Notes under the pieces: model-generated | Seen by the model: only the letters and a program-made list of their open reading frames with translations | Databases searched by the model: none | Told to the model about the DNA's origin: nothing | NCBI GenBank assembly: GCA_965216785.1 | Contig: OZ244197.1 | Coordinates: 1,920,001 to 1,984,000 of the forward strand | Direction of reading: 5' to 3' | Length of the DNA: 64,000 nucleotides | Origin: Thermodesulfobacteriota bacterium | Lineage (GTDB): Bacteria; Desulfobacterota_D; UBA1144; Nemesobacterales; UBA2774 | In this document: positions 49,856-59,477 of the stretch, piece by piece | Numbering within the stretch: position 1 is the stretch's first letter | How the letters are laid out: each line of letters starts with the position of its first letter | Position numbers and translations under genes: made by a program

Positions 49856-49886
49856 TGGATTCCCGATAAATACGCTCGGGAATGAC
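49856..49886. repeat. REP-like hairpin GGATTCCCG...CGGGAATGAC
   Basis: tggattcccgataaatacgctcgggaatgac. Confidence 0.6.
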
Positions 49887-49978
49887 AGGCTATTACAGGC
49901 CTACAGTGAACGATTTTCTTACAGTTTATTAAACAGTCAACTTGAAAAACCGGCTCACGTTATGTATAAATAACGCTA

Positions 49979-50941
49979 ATGATTTCACCTCAGGAAAGCT
50001 TAAAGGGCGCGATAAAGTACTTTCATACAAGAGCAACGGGAAGTCCAAAGCTCGTTAACCTCGAGATTACGAAGCTCTGTAACGCAAAGTGCGATTTCTG
50101 CGACTACTGGCAGACACGCCACGAAGAGAGGATCTACGACTACCGCCCTGTGATTAAGAAGATCGACCCACTCGTTGCGGTCATCACCGGCGGAGAGCCT
50201 ATGCTCCGTAAAGACCTTCCCGATATCGTAAGGCAGATTAAGGAATGCTCTTACTTCATCTTCACCTCGATGGTTACGAAGGGAGACCTGCTTACTGTTG
50301 AAAAGGCGGACGAGCTGTTCGACGCGGGTATTAACCAGATTGCGGTATCGCTCGATTTCCCTAGTAAACAGCACGACGTTTACCGCGGAGTGCCGGGGCT
50401 GTGGGACAAGCTGTCCACGATCCTCCCCGAGCTCGGCAGGAAATATCCTGATAATCAGATCACCATGAATACTATTATTATGGAGGACAACCTTGAGTAC
50501 ATCCCCGAGCTTGTGCGCCACGCCCACGATTGGGGAATAGGGATTTCCTTCAGCTCGTATTCCGTAATGAAGACCAATAACGAAGATCACTTTATCGAGG
50601 AAAACGAGAAGGTCAGGAATCTGGTAGCGGAGCTCGTGAGCCTCAGGCGTGAGCTTAAGGGCACTATCATATCGACCGAGTATTACCTGAACGAGATACC
50701 ACGCTACTTTGAGTCGGGAGGCATTCCGGGCTGTACGGCGGGTATAAGCCACATACAGGTGACCCCGAGCGGACACTTGAAACGCTGCTCGGAGATGCCC
50801 GTGACCGCGCATTTCTCCGAATACCATCCAAAGCTCTACGACGAGACAAACTGCACGGCGTGCTGGTACAGTTGCAGGGGCGAAACTCAGACCCCGGCGA
50901 GTATCAAGCGCGCTCTTGAGTATATGGGTATCTGGGTTTAA
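49979..50941 (+). CDS. Radical SAM protein with C-terminal SPASM/twitch-like domain
   Basis: CNAKCDFC, ITGGEP, VSLD; CTAG..VTPSG..RC and CTACWYSC. Confidence 0.92.
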   Translation: MISPQESLKGAIKYFHTRATGSPKLVNLEITKLCNAKCDFCDYWQTRHEERIYDYRPVIKKIDPLVAVITGGEPMLRKDLPDIVRQIKECSYFIFTSMVTKGDLLTVEKADELFDAGINQIAVSLDFPSKQHDVYRGVPGLWDKLSTILPELGRKYPDNQITMNTIIMEDNLEYIPELVRHAHDWGIGISFSSYSVMKTNNEDHFIEENEKVRNLVAELVSLRRELKGTIISTEYYLNEIPRYFESGGIPGCTAGISHIQVTPSGHLKRCSEMPVTAHFSEYHPKLYDETNCTACWYSCRGETQTPASIKRALEYMGIWV

Positions 50942-51009
50942 TCCATCCTGTTGTATAATTAAGCGTAAAGAGTTTTCCCTTAAAATTTATTTCCGGTAGA
51001 GGTTTAGAT

Positions 51010-51624
51010 ATGAAATCCGCTGAGACTTTCATTCTTGCGCTGTTAATCGCCGCTTTTTATTTGTCCGCCAGCTCCACAGAGGTATTCGCCGAGACTCTCC
51101 CCGAGCCCGTATATAAGACGGCCTGGCCGAAATTCGCGGAAATAACAGAAGAAGCTGTATATCAATACCGGGTCATGGAATATAAGGGCAGGGTGAAACT
51201 AGACCTTGTTAAAAATGAATCTGACGCTAAATACGATACGCCGGAAGACGCGCTGATATCATTATTTTCCGCTATATACGCTGGAGATTATGATTGGTGG
51301 CTGAGCTCGTGGACAAAGGAGTCTCAAAAGGAGTTGAAAGAGGACTATAGTTCAAAGGATGATCTTCTGGAGGAGTGGAAATCATTTTACAAAGATAATT
51401 ACATCGCGCTTATAAGCAGGATCGAAACAGGGAAGTACGTGCTTTTATATTACAACGTAGCCTCGAAACGAAATAAGATTAAGCAGCGCCGGACTATAGC
51501 TTTTGTGAAAGAGGACGACAGATGGCTTGCCACAAACGAGCTGAGTGACGATCCGGTTTTTCTGTATTGGCAAAATTCAAACTATAAGGCTTTTAAGGTG
51601 GGCAGGGAATTGATTTTGGAGTAG
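51010..51624 (+). CDS. Hypothetical secreted protein
   Basis: Signal peptide; TPEDALISLFSAI..GDY and FVKEDDRWL suggest an NTF2-like fold. Confidence 0.7.
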   Translation: MKSAETFILALLIAAFYLSASSTEVFAETLPEPVYKTAWPKFAEITEEAVYQYRVMEYKGRVKLDLVKNESDAKYDTPEDALISLFSAIYAGDYDWWLSSWTKESQKELKEDYSSKDDLLEEWKSFYKDNYIALISRIETGKYVLLYYNVASKRNKIKQRRTIAFVKEDDRWLATNELSDDPVFLYWQNSNYKAFKVGRELILE

Positions 51625-51633
51625 TTATTTACC

Positions 51634-52206
51634 GTGGGAATTGAAGATATAGAAGATTTTTTAGTTGAGGGAGAGCATGTAGTCTGGAATGGCCGGCCAT
51701 CGCTAGTACCGTTTGTCCTCAATACTTATCCGCTGTTTCTATTGGGTCTCGTACTTCTGGCGGTTGTTACGATATTCTTTATATCTCCTCTGTTTTTTAA
51801 CCCTGCCGCAGCCGGAGAATTGTTGCCTGTATGGATAATCTTACTTGCTCCATGGGTAGTGATATCCGCTTTTTTTATTTTGTTCCCAGTCTTCGCTGTA
51901 GTCTTTCATAAAACCCAAAAATACGTACTTACAAACAAGAGGATCATTAAGCTTGGCGGCGGGTTGCCCGGATATAGGGAATTTATTCCGATCTCGCAGA
52001 TACATAGGGTTGGCATTAATTACGGGTTTTTCGATAGATTGTTTCACGTAGCGAATATAAGTGTCGGTACTCAAAATCAAAGCTCACATACGAGGAAATA
52101 TAATAAATATTTTTACTCGATTGTGGACTATTTCGAATTTATGAGCGCCGTGAAGCCATTAATTAAAGACGATCAGTTATATGCTGAGGAGAATTGGAAA
52201 AGATGA
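51634..52206 (+). CDS. Membrane protein with bacterial PH domain (bPH_2/YdbS-like)
   Basis: GEHVVWNGRP, 2 TM, YVLTNKRII, FDRLF. Confidence 0.8.
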   Translation: MGIEDIEDFLVEGEHVVWNGRPSLVPFVLNTYPLFLLGLVLLAVVTIFFISPLFFNPAAAGELLPVWIILLAPWVVISAFFILFPVFAVVFHKTQKYVLTNKRIIKLGGGLPGYREFIPISQIHRVGINYGFFDRLFHVANISVGTQNQSSHTRKYNKYFYSIVDYFEFMSAVKPLIKDDQLYAEENWKR

Positions 52207-52736
52207 GCGGCGGCGCGAATGATCTTGATCTAAAAGGTAATGAGCAAATATTGTGGATGGGTAAACCGTTGCTCAAACCCTTCATTTTTAGCCCATACGC
52301 TAAAATTATCGCCGGCTTCTTACTGTTATATATTTGGACGGTCGTTTTGGTTGGATATCTTGCGGTGAATTATGGGGAAGAGTTTCCGAAGTTTTACGTT
52401 TATTTCATATTAGCCGCCGGTTTCCTGCCGGGATTCGCGGCGCTGTTTTTGTTATATAAAAAAATTGAGCACAAGAACCTCAGGTATGCAGTTACTGATA
52501 ACAGGGTGATTATTGAATCGGGTCTTTTTGTTAAAAAAACTCTTACAATTGAGCTTGACACTATTCTAAGGTGCCGTATTTACAGTACTTTCGTTGATAA
52601 TATGTACGGCTCGGGGTCAATTATGCTTGACGCAGGGGAATTGGATAAGCGGAAAAGAGATGTATACCATGCTTTGTACTCAATACCCAACGTGCTAACT
52701 GTGTCTAAATTGCTTGAATGTGAAATACTAGGCTGA
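52203..52736 (+). CDS. Membrane protein with bacterial PH domain (paralogue)
   Basis: NEQILWMGKP, 2 TM, YAVTDNRVIIESG; ATGA overlap with upstream stop. Confidence 0.8.
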   Translation: MSGGANDLDLKGNEQILWMGKPLLKPFIFSPYAKIIAGFLLLYIWTVVLVGYLAVNYGEEFPKFYVYFILAAGFLPGFAALFLLYKKIEHKNLRYAVTDNRVIIESGLFVKKTLTIELDTILRCRIYSTFVDNMYGSGSIMLDAGELDKRKRDVYHALYSIPNVLTVSKLLECEILG

Positions 52737-52742
52737 TAACAC

Positions 52743-54176
52743 TTAGCTCTTTACCCGCCAGAGCGTGCCTTCGGCTTTATCTTCAAGGAGGATACCCTTA
52801 TCGCTGAGCTCGTCTCTGATCTCGTCCGCCCGGGCCCAGTTCTTCTCGGCCCTTGCCGAATTCCTTTCATTAATAAGCTCCTCGATCTGTTCTTCTGTAA
52901 TTCCCGCGTCAGATTTCGCGAGCTTATGGTCTTTTAAATACTCGTCGGGCTCGTATTCCAAAAGCCCCAGAGTGTCTCCGAAGACTTTGATTTCCCGGAG
53001 CGCATCTTGTAGCGCGGGTGTGTTACCGTTTGAGTCGAGTGAGCGGTTTACTGCCCTAGTGAGCTCAAAGAGAGCGCCTACGGCCCCTGCGGTATTAAAG
53101 TCATCGCACATGTTCGCGACCCATCTCTCTTTGAAAGCTTCAACCGCCGCCGAAAGCTCGGGATCGTCCCCACTTCCTTCTTCTGGAGTCTCCTGCGCGC
53201 GCTTTATGGTGATGTAAAGCCTTTCGAGAGCGGCTTCTGACTCGTCCATGATCGTGTCTGAGAAATCGGCCGGGTTTAAGTACTGATGGGAAAGGAAAAA
53301 TAGCCTGATCGCCTCTTTACTCCACATCGATACCGCGTCTTTGACGTTTAAGATGTTGCCGATGGATTTAGACATTTTCTCACGGTTAATCTGAATAAGT
53401 CCGTTGTGGATCCAGTACTTCGCGAATTGATGCCCGGTAACGCACTCGGATTGGGCTATCTCGTTTTCATGATGGGGGAAGATGAGGTCTTTTCCGCCGC
53501 CGTGGATGTCAAAGCTCTCTCCCAGGTATTTCATGCTCATGGTCGAGCATTCTATATGCCATCCGGGGCGTCCTTTGCCCCAGGGGCTGTCCCAAGCGGG
53601 CTCCCCCGGTTTCGCCGCTTTCCAGAGCGCGAAGTCCAGAGGGTCTTCTTTCTGCTCGTTTATGTCTATTCTGATGCCGGCGAGCATGTCGTCAGGGTCT
53701 CTTTTCGAGAGCTTTCCGTATTCCTGGAATTTCTTTACAGAGAAAAATACATCTCCGCCTGACTCGTAACCGTGGCCGCTTTCAATTATCTTCTCAATCA
53801 GCTCTATAATTTCAGGGATGTGCTCTGTTACCTTCGGCTCTACAGTAGGCGTCCTGACACCGATCGAGGCCATATCGTCTTTGTATTCCTGTATGAATTT
53901 CTCGGAAATCTCCTCTGCGGGGACGCCTGTCTCGTTTGATTTATTGATGATCTTATCGTCGATGTCGGTAAAGTTTCTAACGTAGGTGACTTCGTACCCT
54001 AGGTGCGTCAAGAACCTGTCGATCACATCGAACGTGACCGCGGCGCGCGCGTGCCCGAGGTGTGCGGAGCTGTACACAGTTGGTCCGCAGACGTACATCC
54101 TGATCTTGCCCTCCGTTAATGGTACAAGTTCTTCTTTCTTTTGAGTGAGCGTATTATAAAGCGTTATTTCTTTCAT
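52743..54176 (-). CDS. cysS: Cysteine--tRNA ligase
   Basis: YVCGPTVY, HLGH, DFALWK, GRPGWHIECS, KMSKS. Confidence 0.98.
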   Translation of the reverse strand: MKEITLYNTLTQKKEELVPLTEGKIRMYVCGPTVYSSAHLGHARAAVTFDVIDRFLTHLGYEVTYVRNFTDIDDKIINKSNETGVPAEEISEKFIQEYKDDMASIGVRTPTVEPKVTEHIPEIIELIEKIIESGHGYESGGDVFFSVKKFQEYGKLSKRDPDDMLAGIRIDINEQKEDPLDFALWKAAKPGEPAWDSPWGKGRPGWHIECSTMSMKYLGESFDIHGGGKDLIFPHHENEIAQSECVTGHQFAKYWIHNGLIQINREKMSKSIGNILNVKDAVSMWSKEAIRLFFLSHQYLNPADFSDTIMDESEAALERLYITIKRAQETPEEGSGDDPELSAAVEAFKERWVANMCDDFNTAGAVGALFELTRAVNRSLDSNGNTPALQDALREIKVFGDTLGLLEYEPDEYLKDHKLAKSDAGITEEQIEELINERNSARAEKNWARADEIRDELSDKGILLEDKAEGTLWRVKS

Positions 54177-54257
54177 ATTTTCCTTAGTGGGTATTTCGTT
54201 CTCTGTAGATTTTGGTTGCCGGGTGCCTAATAATGAGGAGTAACAGTGTAATTTAAC

Positions 54258-55067
54258 CTAAATCAGGTCTTCTCCCCCGTCCACTCTAATGACGTTTCCG
54301 GTGAGCCAGTATGTGCCCGCCACTGCAAGCGCTGCTATGGCGCGGGCTACGTCCTCAGTGGTCGTCAGCCTGTTGGCCGGGTTTACAGCGAGGGCGTTTT
54401 TTACTATATCCTCATTCCCGGGGATCTTGCTCAGCGCGGGAGTCATGGTGACTCCGGCCTGTATGGCGTTAGCGGTTATGTCGTGCGGCGCAAGCTCCAC
54501 CGCAAGCTGGCGCGTGTGGGACTCGATTGCGGCTTTTGACGCTGACACAGGGCCGTAAGTCGGCCAAACTCTGTGGCCTCCGGCGCTGGTCATGGCGTAG
54601 ATCCTGCCGCCCGCCTTCATAAGCCCGCGGGCCACTAGCTCCTGAGCCCAATAGACCATGCTGTGAGCCATAACGTCGAGCGTCATGTCCATGTTCTTAA
54701 TAGACACCCGTTCTTTCTCTGTATCCGCGATGTAGGGTTTTAAGGTTCCGAACGCCAGTGAATGAACCAGCACTTTTACGCTCCCCGGATTCCCGTGCTC
54801 GTCCAGTATCTGCTCCATCTCGTCAAGTGTCTCTGAGCGTTTCTCGGGGTCAGAGGCGTTGATGTTGAAAAACACCGCCTCGCGTCCAAGCTCTTTTATA
54901 TTATTTTGTATTTCCTCGACCTTGGGCATGGTGCCCTTACGGTCAAGGTGAACGCCGAAAATGTTCATCCCGTGCCCAGCGAGCTCAAGCGCGATTGCCT
55001 CGCCGAATCCGCTGGAGGCTCCTAATATTAATGCCCAGCTATTTTCCAATCCGGTTTTAGTGCTCAA
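54258..55067 (-). CDS. SDR family oxidoreductase (FabL-like enoyl-ACP reductase)
   Basis: LGASSGFG, YGPVSASKAA, NAIQAG, TGNVIRVDGG. Confidence 0.85.
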   Translation of the reverse strand: MSTKTGLENSWALILGASSGFGEAIALELAGHGMNIFGVHLDRKGTMPKVEEIQNNIKELGREAVFFNINASDPEKRSETLDEMEQILDEHGNPGSVKVLVHSLAFGTLKPYIADTEKERVSIKNMDMTLDVMAHSMVYWAQELVARGLMKAGGRIYAMTSAGGHRVWPTYGPVSASKAAIESHTRQLAVELAPHDITANAIQAGVTMTPALSKIPGNEDIVKNALAVNPANRLTTTEDVARAIAALAVAGTYWLTGNVIRVDGGEDLI

Positions 55068-55311
55068 TATTTCTCTCCTAACTCGAATTTATTGCTATAA
55101 ACAGTTATTAAGCAAGTAATTGCCGATATCTAAATAAAAAACAATACTCACAGACGAAAATATAGCCCCGTGCGAAAAAAAGATTCTACGCAGATTAGAC
55201 CGAAATGCAAGATTGTAGGTATTGGACGCATCATGCAGGATTCGCGGCGCAGGTGATTGCCGCGATGACTGATATAGTGGTTGGATTCAGATAGAGGGCC
55301 TGTAGAATATT

Positions 55312-56136
55312 TCAGAAATGCTTATTCAGTATCTTTCCGAACTGATCTGCCAGCCTGTATTTTTGGACCCGTTTCCAAAGCCTCGTCCGTTGTAAATATT
55401 TCTTAAGCTTTTTTCTGGGGCTATTTTTCCACATAACTAAAACCCTTTTACCAACCATAAGACTGATGCCAATATCGTATGTCGGGCTTAAGGTCTCAAA
55501 TATTTTATTCATATATATACGGGACATTTTTTCGTTATTTGTCAGTAAGAGCTTTCTCTCCAATACTGCTATTGGCCATAGCTCCTTTTCCGCATCGAAT
55601 AAATAGCGGTATGTACCCTCCATAACTCCAAGCCAGCTTTCGTGAGGAAAATCGTCAAGCCATATTATTCCGCCGTCTGCCAGGGTATCGGCCGCAAGCT
55701 TAATGTCGTTGTAAGCAGTGCCGGCCTCATGCCCTCCGTCGACAGAGATCATCCGGATGCCTCCGTGCATTAAAAGCTCATCGGGAGATATGTTAAGTGA
55801 ATTTCGGGTGATTATCTCTATTCTGCTTAAGTCGCAGCCGGTTTTTCGCAAATTTTCTAGAAATATTTCCTTATTACCTTTCCCGGAGCTTCCAATGTTT
55901 TCATTCTGCCTCTCGAATAAATCACAGGCTATGCTGTATTCATCCCTATCGGTCAGCAGGTGGAGCAATATAAAAAACCGCCCGTGATGTATGCCTATCT
56001 CGCATACGCTCCCTTTGATGCCGTGTGATTTCTGTACGTCCGACAGCTCGCATATGCACTTGATGGTTGCGGGATAAATCCAGCCTTCCACTTCTTTGTA
56101 GCCTTTACGGCGGTAATAGTCCAGCTTCTCATTCAT
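55312..56136 (-). CDS. Class I SAM-dependent methyltransferase (Methyltransf_24-like)
   Basis: EIGIHHGR, SVDGGH, DDF; start placed at MNEKL because the longer ORF overlaps ogt. Confidence 0.85.
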   Translation of the reverse strand: MNEKLDYYRRKGYKEVEGWIYPATIKCICELSDVQKSHGIKGSVCEIGIHHGRFFILLHLLTDRDEYSIACDLFERQNENIGSSGKGNKEIFLENLRKTGCDLSRIEIITRNSLNISPDELLMHGGIRMISVDGGHEAGTAYNDIKLAADTLADGGIIWLDDFPHESWLGVMEGTYRYLFDAEKELWPIAVLERKLLLTNNEKMSRIYMNKIFETLSPTYDIGISLMVGKRVLVMWKNSPRKKLKKYLQRTRLWKRVQKYRLADQFGKILNKHF

Positions 56137-56215
56137 GCTCTTATAATACTCACTGCCGGTCTGCCTTGACAAGGATTTCCTCGTATGCAAACTCAAGTTG
56201 AGGTGCAGCTTGGAT

Positions 56216-56707
56216 ATGGGTGACTTGAGATTCTCGACTATTGATTCCGATCTGGGTGAGATTTTTGTAATCTCAAATGAAAACGGGGTCTCAAACCTTT
56301 TTTTCAGCCGCAAGAAGTACAGCGAATACCTTAAGTACCTGGGCGTAAAGGATATTAAAGAGGGTGGGGCGGCTGAGGGTTTCGCCCGTGAGCTCCGCCA
56401 ATATCTAAAGGGCAAGCGCTCAGGTTTTAAATCGACCCTTGATTTAAGCTCCGGGACAAGGTTTCAGAAAACGGTATGGAAAAAGCTCCTAGATGTACCC
56501 TACGGTGAGGTGGTAACCTATAAAGAGCTTGCATGCGCGGTAGGCAGCCCGCGGGCCGCTCGCGCAGTGGGGAACGCAGTTGGTAAAAACCCGCTGCCGA
56601 TAGTGGTCCCGTGCCACAGGGTGCTTGCCGCAAACGGACTCGGGGGGTATTCGTGCGGAATCGAAATAAAGAAAAGCCTGCTCAGGCTCGAAGGAGTAAT
56701 TAGTTAG
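56216..56707 (+). CDS. ogt: Methylated-DNA--protein-cysteine methyltransferase
   Basis: GTRFQKTVW, RAVGNAVGKNP, VPCHRV; GAGGTG SD. Confidence 0.95.
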   Translation: MGDLRFSTIDSDLGEIFVISNENGVSNLFFSRKKYSEYLKYLGVKDIKEGGAAEGFARELRQYLKGKRSGFKSTLDLSSGTRFQKTVWKKLLDVPYGEVVTYKELACAVGSPRAARAVGNAVGKNPLPIVVPCHRVLAANGLGGYSCGIEIKKSLLRLEGVIS

Positions 56708-57157
56708 GTGAAAGAAGGCGCCGCAAAGCTGATCGCTACATTTTTTTACGTGGGGCTGATACCTGTCGCGCCGGGCACCTTCGGCACGCTTGCGGCAATT
56801 CCGCTGTTTTGGATTATCTCGGGACTGTCCGTATACATTTATCTTCTGATAACGCTCATAGTGATCGGCGTGTCCGTTTGGGCAGCGACAGAAACTGAAA
56901 AAATATATAAAAAAAGAGACCCGGGTCAGATAGTGGCGGACGAAGTGGCCGGTTATCTGGTGACGATGATACTTATACCGGCTACTGCGACAAACATTGT
57001 GATCGGGTTTTTCTTGTTCAGGCTTTTTGACATACTAAAACCTCCGCCTGTAAGGAGATTAGAGAAGCTGCCGCGCGGATGGGGAGTCGTGATAGACGAC
57101 GTGGCAGCGGGGGTATACGCGTGTGTGTGTATGCATTTGATTCTGATGTACTTGTAG
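56708..57157 (+). CDS. pgpA: Phosphatidylglycerophosphatase A
   Basis: APGTFGT, DPGQIVADEVAG, FRLFDILKP, DDVAAG. Confidence 0.95.
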   Translation: MKEGAAKLIATFFYVGLIPVAPGTFGTLAAIPLFWIISGLSVYIYLLITLIVIGVSVWAATETEKIYKKRDPGQIVADEVAGYLVTMILIPATATNIVIGFFLFRLFDILKPPPVRRLEKLPRGWGVVIDDVAAGVYACVCMHLILMYL

Positions 57158-57179
57158 TCCGACATTGCGTGCGAATGAA

Positions 57180-58421
57180 ATGAAAATCGAGATAATAACT
57201 ACGGGTGATGAGCTGATGAGCGGTCTTACACTGGACCGCAATTTCAACTGGGCGGGAGATTTGCTTTCCAATTTGGGCTTTGACGTTGCCTACCACACTA
57301 CGGTCGGGGATATAAAAGAGCGGATTGCCGAGGCTTTCGATATAGCCCTGAATAGAGCAGGGGCCGTGATAGTAACCGGGGGGCTGGGCCCTACGGACGA
57401 TGATCTCACCGCCGAGGTTGCGGCTGAGTACTTCGGCTCGCCGCTTGAATTTAAACAAGAGGCTTATGAGAAGCTTGAAGCCTGGCTTAGAGGCAGAGGA
57501 AGGGAAGTAAACGAGTCCAACAAAAAGCAGGTATATCTGCCCGCTTGCTCAACCGTACTCGATAATAAATGGGGCACAGCGCCCGGTTTCAGTATCGAGT
57601 CTAAGGGTGTGATCTTTTTCTTTCTCCCGGGAGTGCCGAGGGAGTTTCACGAGATGACGCGCTGCTACGTTGTGCCTGAGCTTGATGGCCGCGACCAAGG
57701 TAGGATGAAAAGGGATATGCGGCTCGTTAAGATTTTCGGGCTCCCTGAATCCGAGGTTGCGGAGAGGCTGAAGGGACTTCACATGCAAGGGGTTACGCTA
57801 GGTTATAGGTCTCATAGGCCTGAAATACACCTTCGAGTGTGCGCCTATGCGGATACGGAATCTAAAGCGATGAGCTTAACCCAAGATTATATTGAGGAGA
57901 TAAAAGCCCGGCTAGGTGATTACGTCTTCACTACAGAGGGAGAGCTGCTTGAAGAAGTTGTAGGAAAGCTGCTCACGGAAAAGTCCATGACGCTCGCAAC
58001 GGCGGAGTCGTGTACAGGGGGGCTGCTTTCGAGCAGAATTACGGACGTACCCGGCAGCTCTGCCTATTTCCTGGAGGGTGTTGTCACTTACTCAAACGAG
58101 GCGAAGGAAAAGTTGCTCGGTGTTCCTTTTTCCCTACTAGAGTCACACGGCGCCGTAAGCGCCCCTGTGGTAGAGGCGATGGCGAGCGGCGTGCGCAGGC
58201 TCTCGGGCGCTGATATGGGCGTTGGAATCTCCGGTATCGCGGGGCCCGGCGGGGGGACTGCTGAAAAACCGGTGGGAACCGTGTATATTGGTCTTGACGC
58301 CAAAGGGTCAGCTACGGTCTCACAGAAGTATTTATTTGGCGGCAGCCGTGATCAGATTAAAAACGTGAGTTCCGAGACGGCATTGGATATAATTATGAAG
58401 TTTTTAATAACAAAAATATAA
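57180..58421 (+). CDS. cinA: CinA (MocF domain + PncC NMN deamidase)
   Basis: GDELMSG, TGGLGPTDDD, LPGVP, AESCTGG, SGIAGPGGG. Confidence 0.95.
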   Translation: MKIEIITTGDELMSGLTLDRNFNWAGDLLSNLGFDVAYHTTVGDIKERIAEAFDIALNRAGAVIVTGGLGPTDDDLTAEVAAEYFGSPLEFKQEAYEKLEAWLRGRGREVNESNKKQVYLPACSTVLDNKWGTAPGFSIESKGVIFFFLPGVPREFHEMTRCYVVPELDGRDQGRMKRDMRLVKIFGLPESEVAERLKGLHMQGVTLGYRSHRPEIHLRVCAYADTESKAMSLTQDYIEEIKARLGDYVFTTEGELLEEVVGKLLTEKSMTLATAESCTGGLLSSRITDVPGSSAYFLEGVVTYSNEAKEKLLGVPFSLLESHGAVSAPVVEAMASGVRRLSGADMGVGISGIAGPGGGTAEKPVGTVYIGLDAKGSATVSQKYLFGGSRDQIKNVSSETALDIIMKFLITKI

Positions 58422-58433
58422 TTGGGAGACATC

Positions 58434-59477
58434 ATGACGGAAGAAACACAAACAAAGCAAAGCAGTGAGAAAGAAAAAACAATTGATCTTGCCATATCTT
58501 CAATAGAAAAGCAGTTCGGCAAAGGTTCTATTATGAGGCTCGGAGCGGGTACGCCGATACCTCAGCTTTCCGTAATATCCTCAGGCTCTATCGGGCTTGA
58601 TGTGGCGCTCGGTGTGGGTGGATTCCCCAAGGGCAGGGTGATCGAGATTTACGGTCCCGAGGCCTCTGGTAAAACAACGCTTGCGCTCCATGTTATAGCG
58701 GAAGCTCACAAGCAGGGCGGGATTGCGGCATTCGTGGACGCGGAGCACGCGCTTGACCCGAACTATGCGAATAACCTTGGAGTTAAAGTGGACGACCTTC
58801 TAATATCTCAGCCCGACTTCGGTGAGCAGGCGCTTGAGATTGTGGACACGCTGGTAAGGAGCGGGGCCGTGGATGTAGTGGTGCTCGATTCCGTAGCGGC
58901 GCTCGTTCCAAGGGCGGAGATAGAAGGGGAGATGGGTGACACGCACGTCGGGCTTCAGGCAAGACTGATGTCCCAGGCCCTGCGAAAGCTCACGGCGACC
59001 GTAGGGAGATCGAACACCCTTGTTATCTTCGTCAATCAGACGAGGATGAAGATCGGCACGCTCCCATATATGAACCCCGAAACCACAAGCGGAGGCACGG
59101 CGCTCCGCTTCTATTCCTCTGTCAGGATAGATGTTAGGCGCATAGGCTCCATCAAAGACGGTGACGAGGTTAGAGGTAACCGTGTAAGGGCAAAAGTGGT
59201 AAAAAATAAGGTGTCGCCGCCGTTTAGGAACGCCGAGTTTGATATTATGTTCGGAAGCGGAATCTCTCAGACAGGAGAGATGATTGACCTCGGGGTCCAC
59301 TTTAAAGAAGTCGAGAAAAGCGGGACCTGGTACTCGTATCAGGGCGAGAGACTCGGCCAGGGACGGGAGAACGCAAGAGAGTTTCTTAAGGAGAACCCGG
59401 AGATAAGAGAAAAATTAAAAGAACAGATTTTAATAAAAAGCGGTATTATTAAAGGGAAAGAGCTAGAGGAGAAGTAG
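58434..59477 (+). CDS. recA: Recombinase A
   Basis: [41 protein letters not shown]. Confidence 0.99.
   Translation: MTEETQTKQSSEKEKTIDLAISSIEKQFGKGSIMRLGAGTPIPQLSVISSGSIGLDVALGVGGFPKGRVIEIYGPEASGKTTLALHVIAEAHKQGGIAAFVDAEHALDPNYANNLGVKVDDLLISQPDFGEQALEIVDTLVRSGAVDVVVLDSVAALVPRAEIEGEMGDTHVGLQARLMSQALRKLTATVGRSNTLVIFVNQTRMKIGTLPYMNPETTSGGTALRFYSSVRIDVRRIGSIKDGDEVRGNRVRAKVVKNKVSPPFRNAEFDIMFGSGISQTGEMIDLGVHFKEVEKSGTWYSYQGERLGQGRENAREFLKENPEIREKLKEQILIKSGIIKGKELEEK

Noticed and set aside
50000-50827. 275-aa antisense ORF, and similar shadow ORFs at 1655-2413, 39801-40454, 43801-44442, 45142-45747
   Set aside because: They lie opposite well-supported genes and have no motifs; the poly-Pro repeats merely mirror poly-Gly codons
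56137-56415. N-terminal extension of the methyltransferase ORF
   Set aside because: Overlaps the divergent ogt gene; MNEKL at 56136 is the more plausible start
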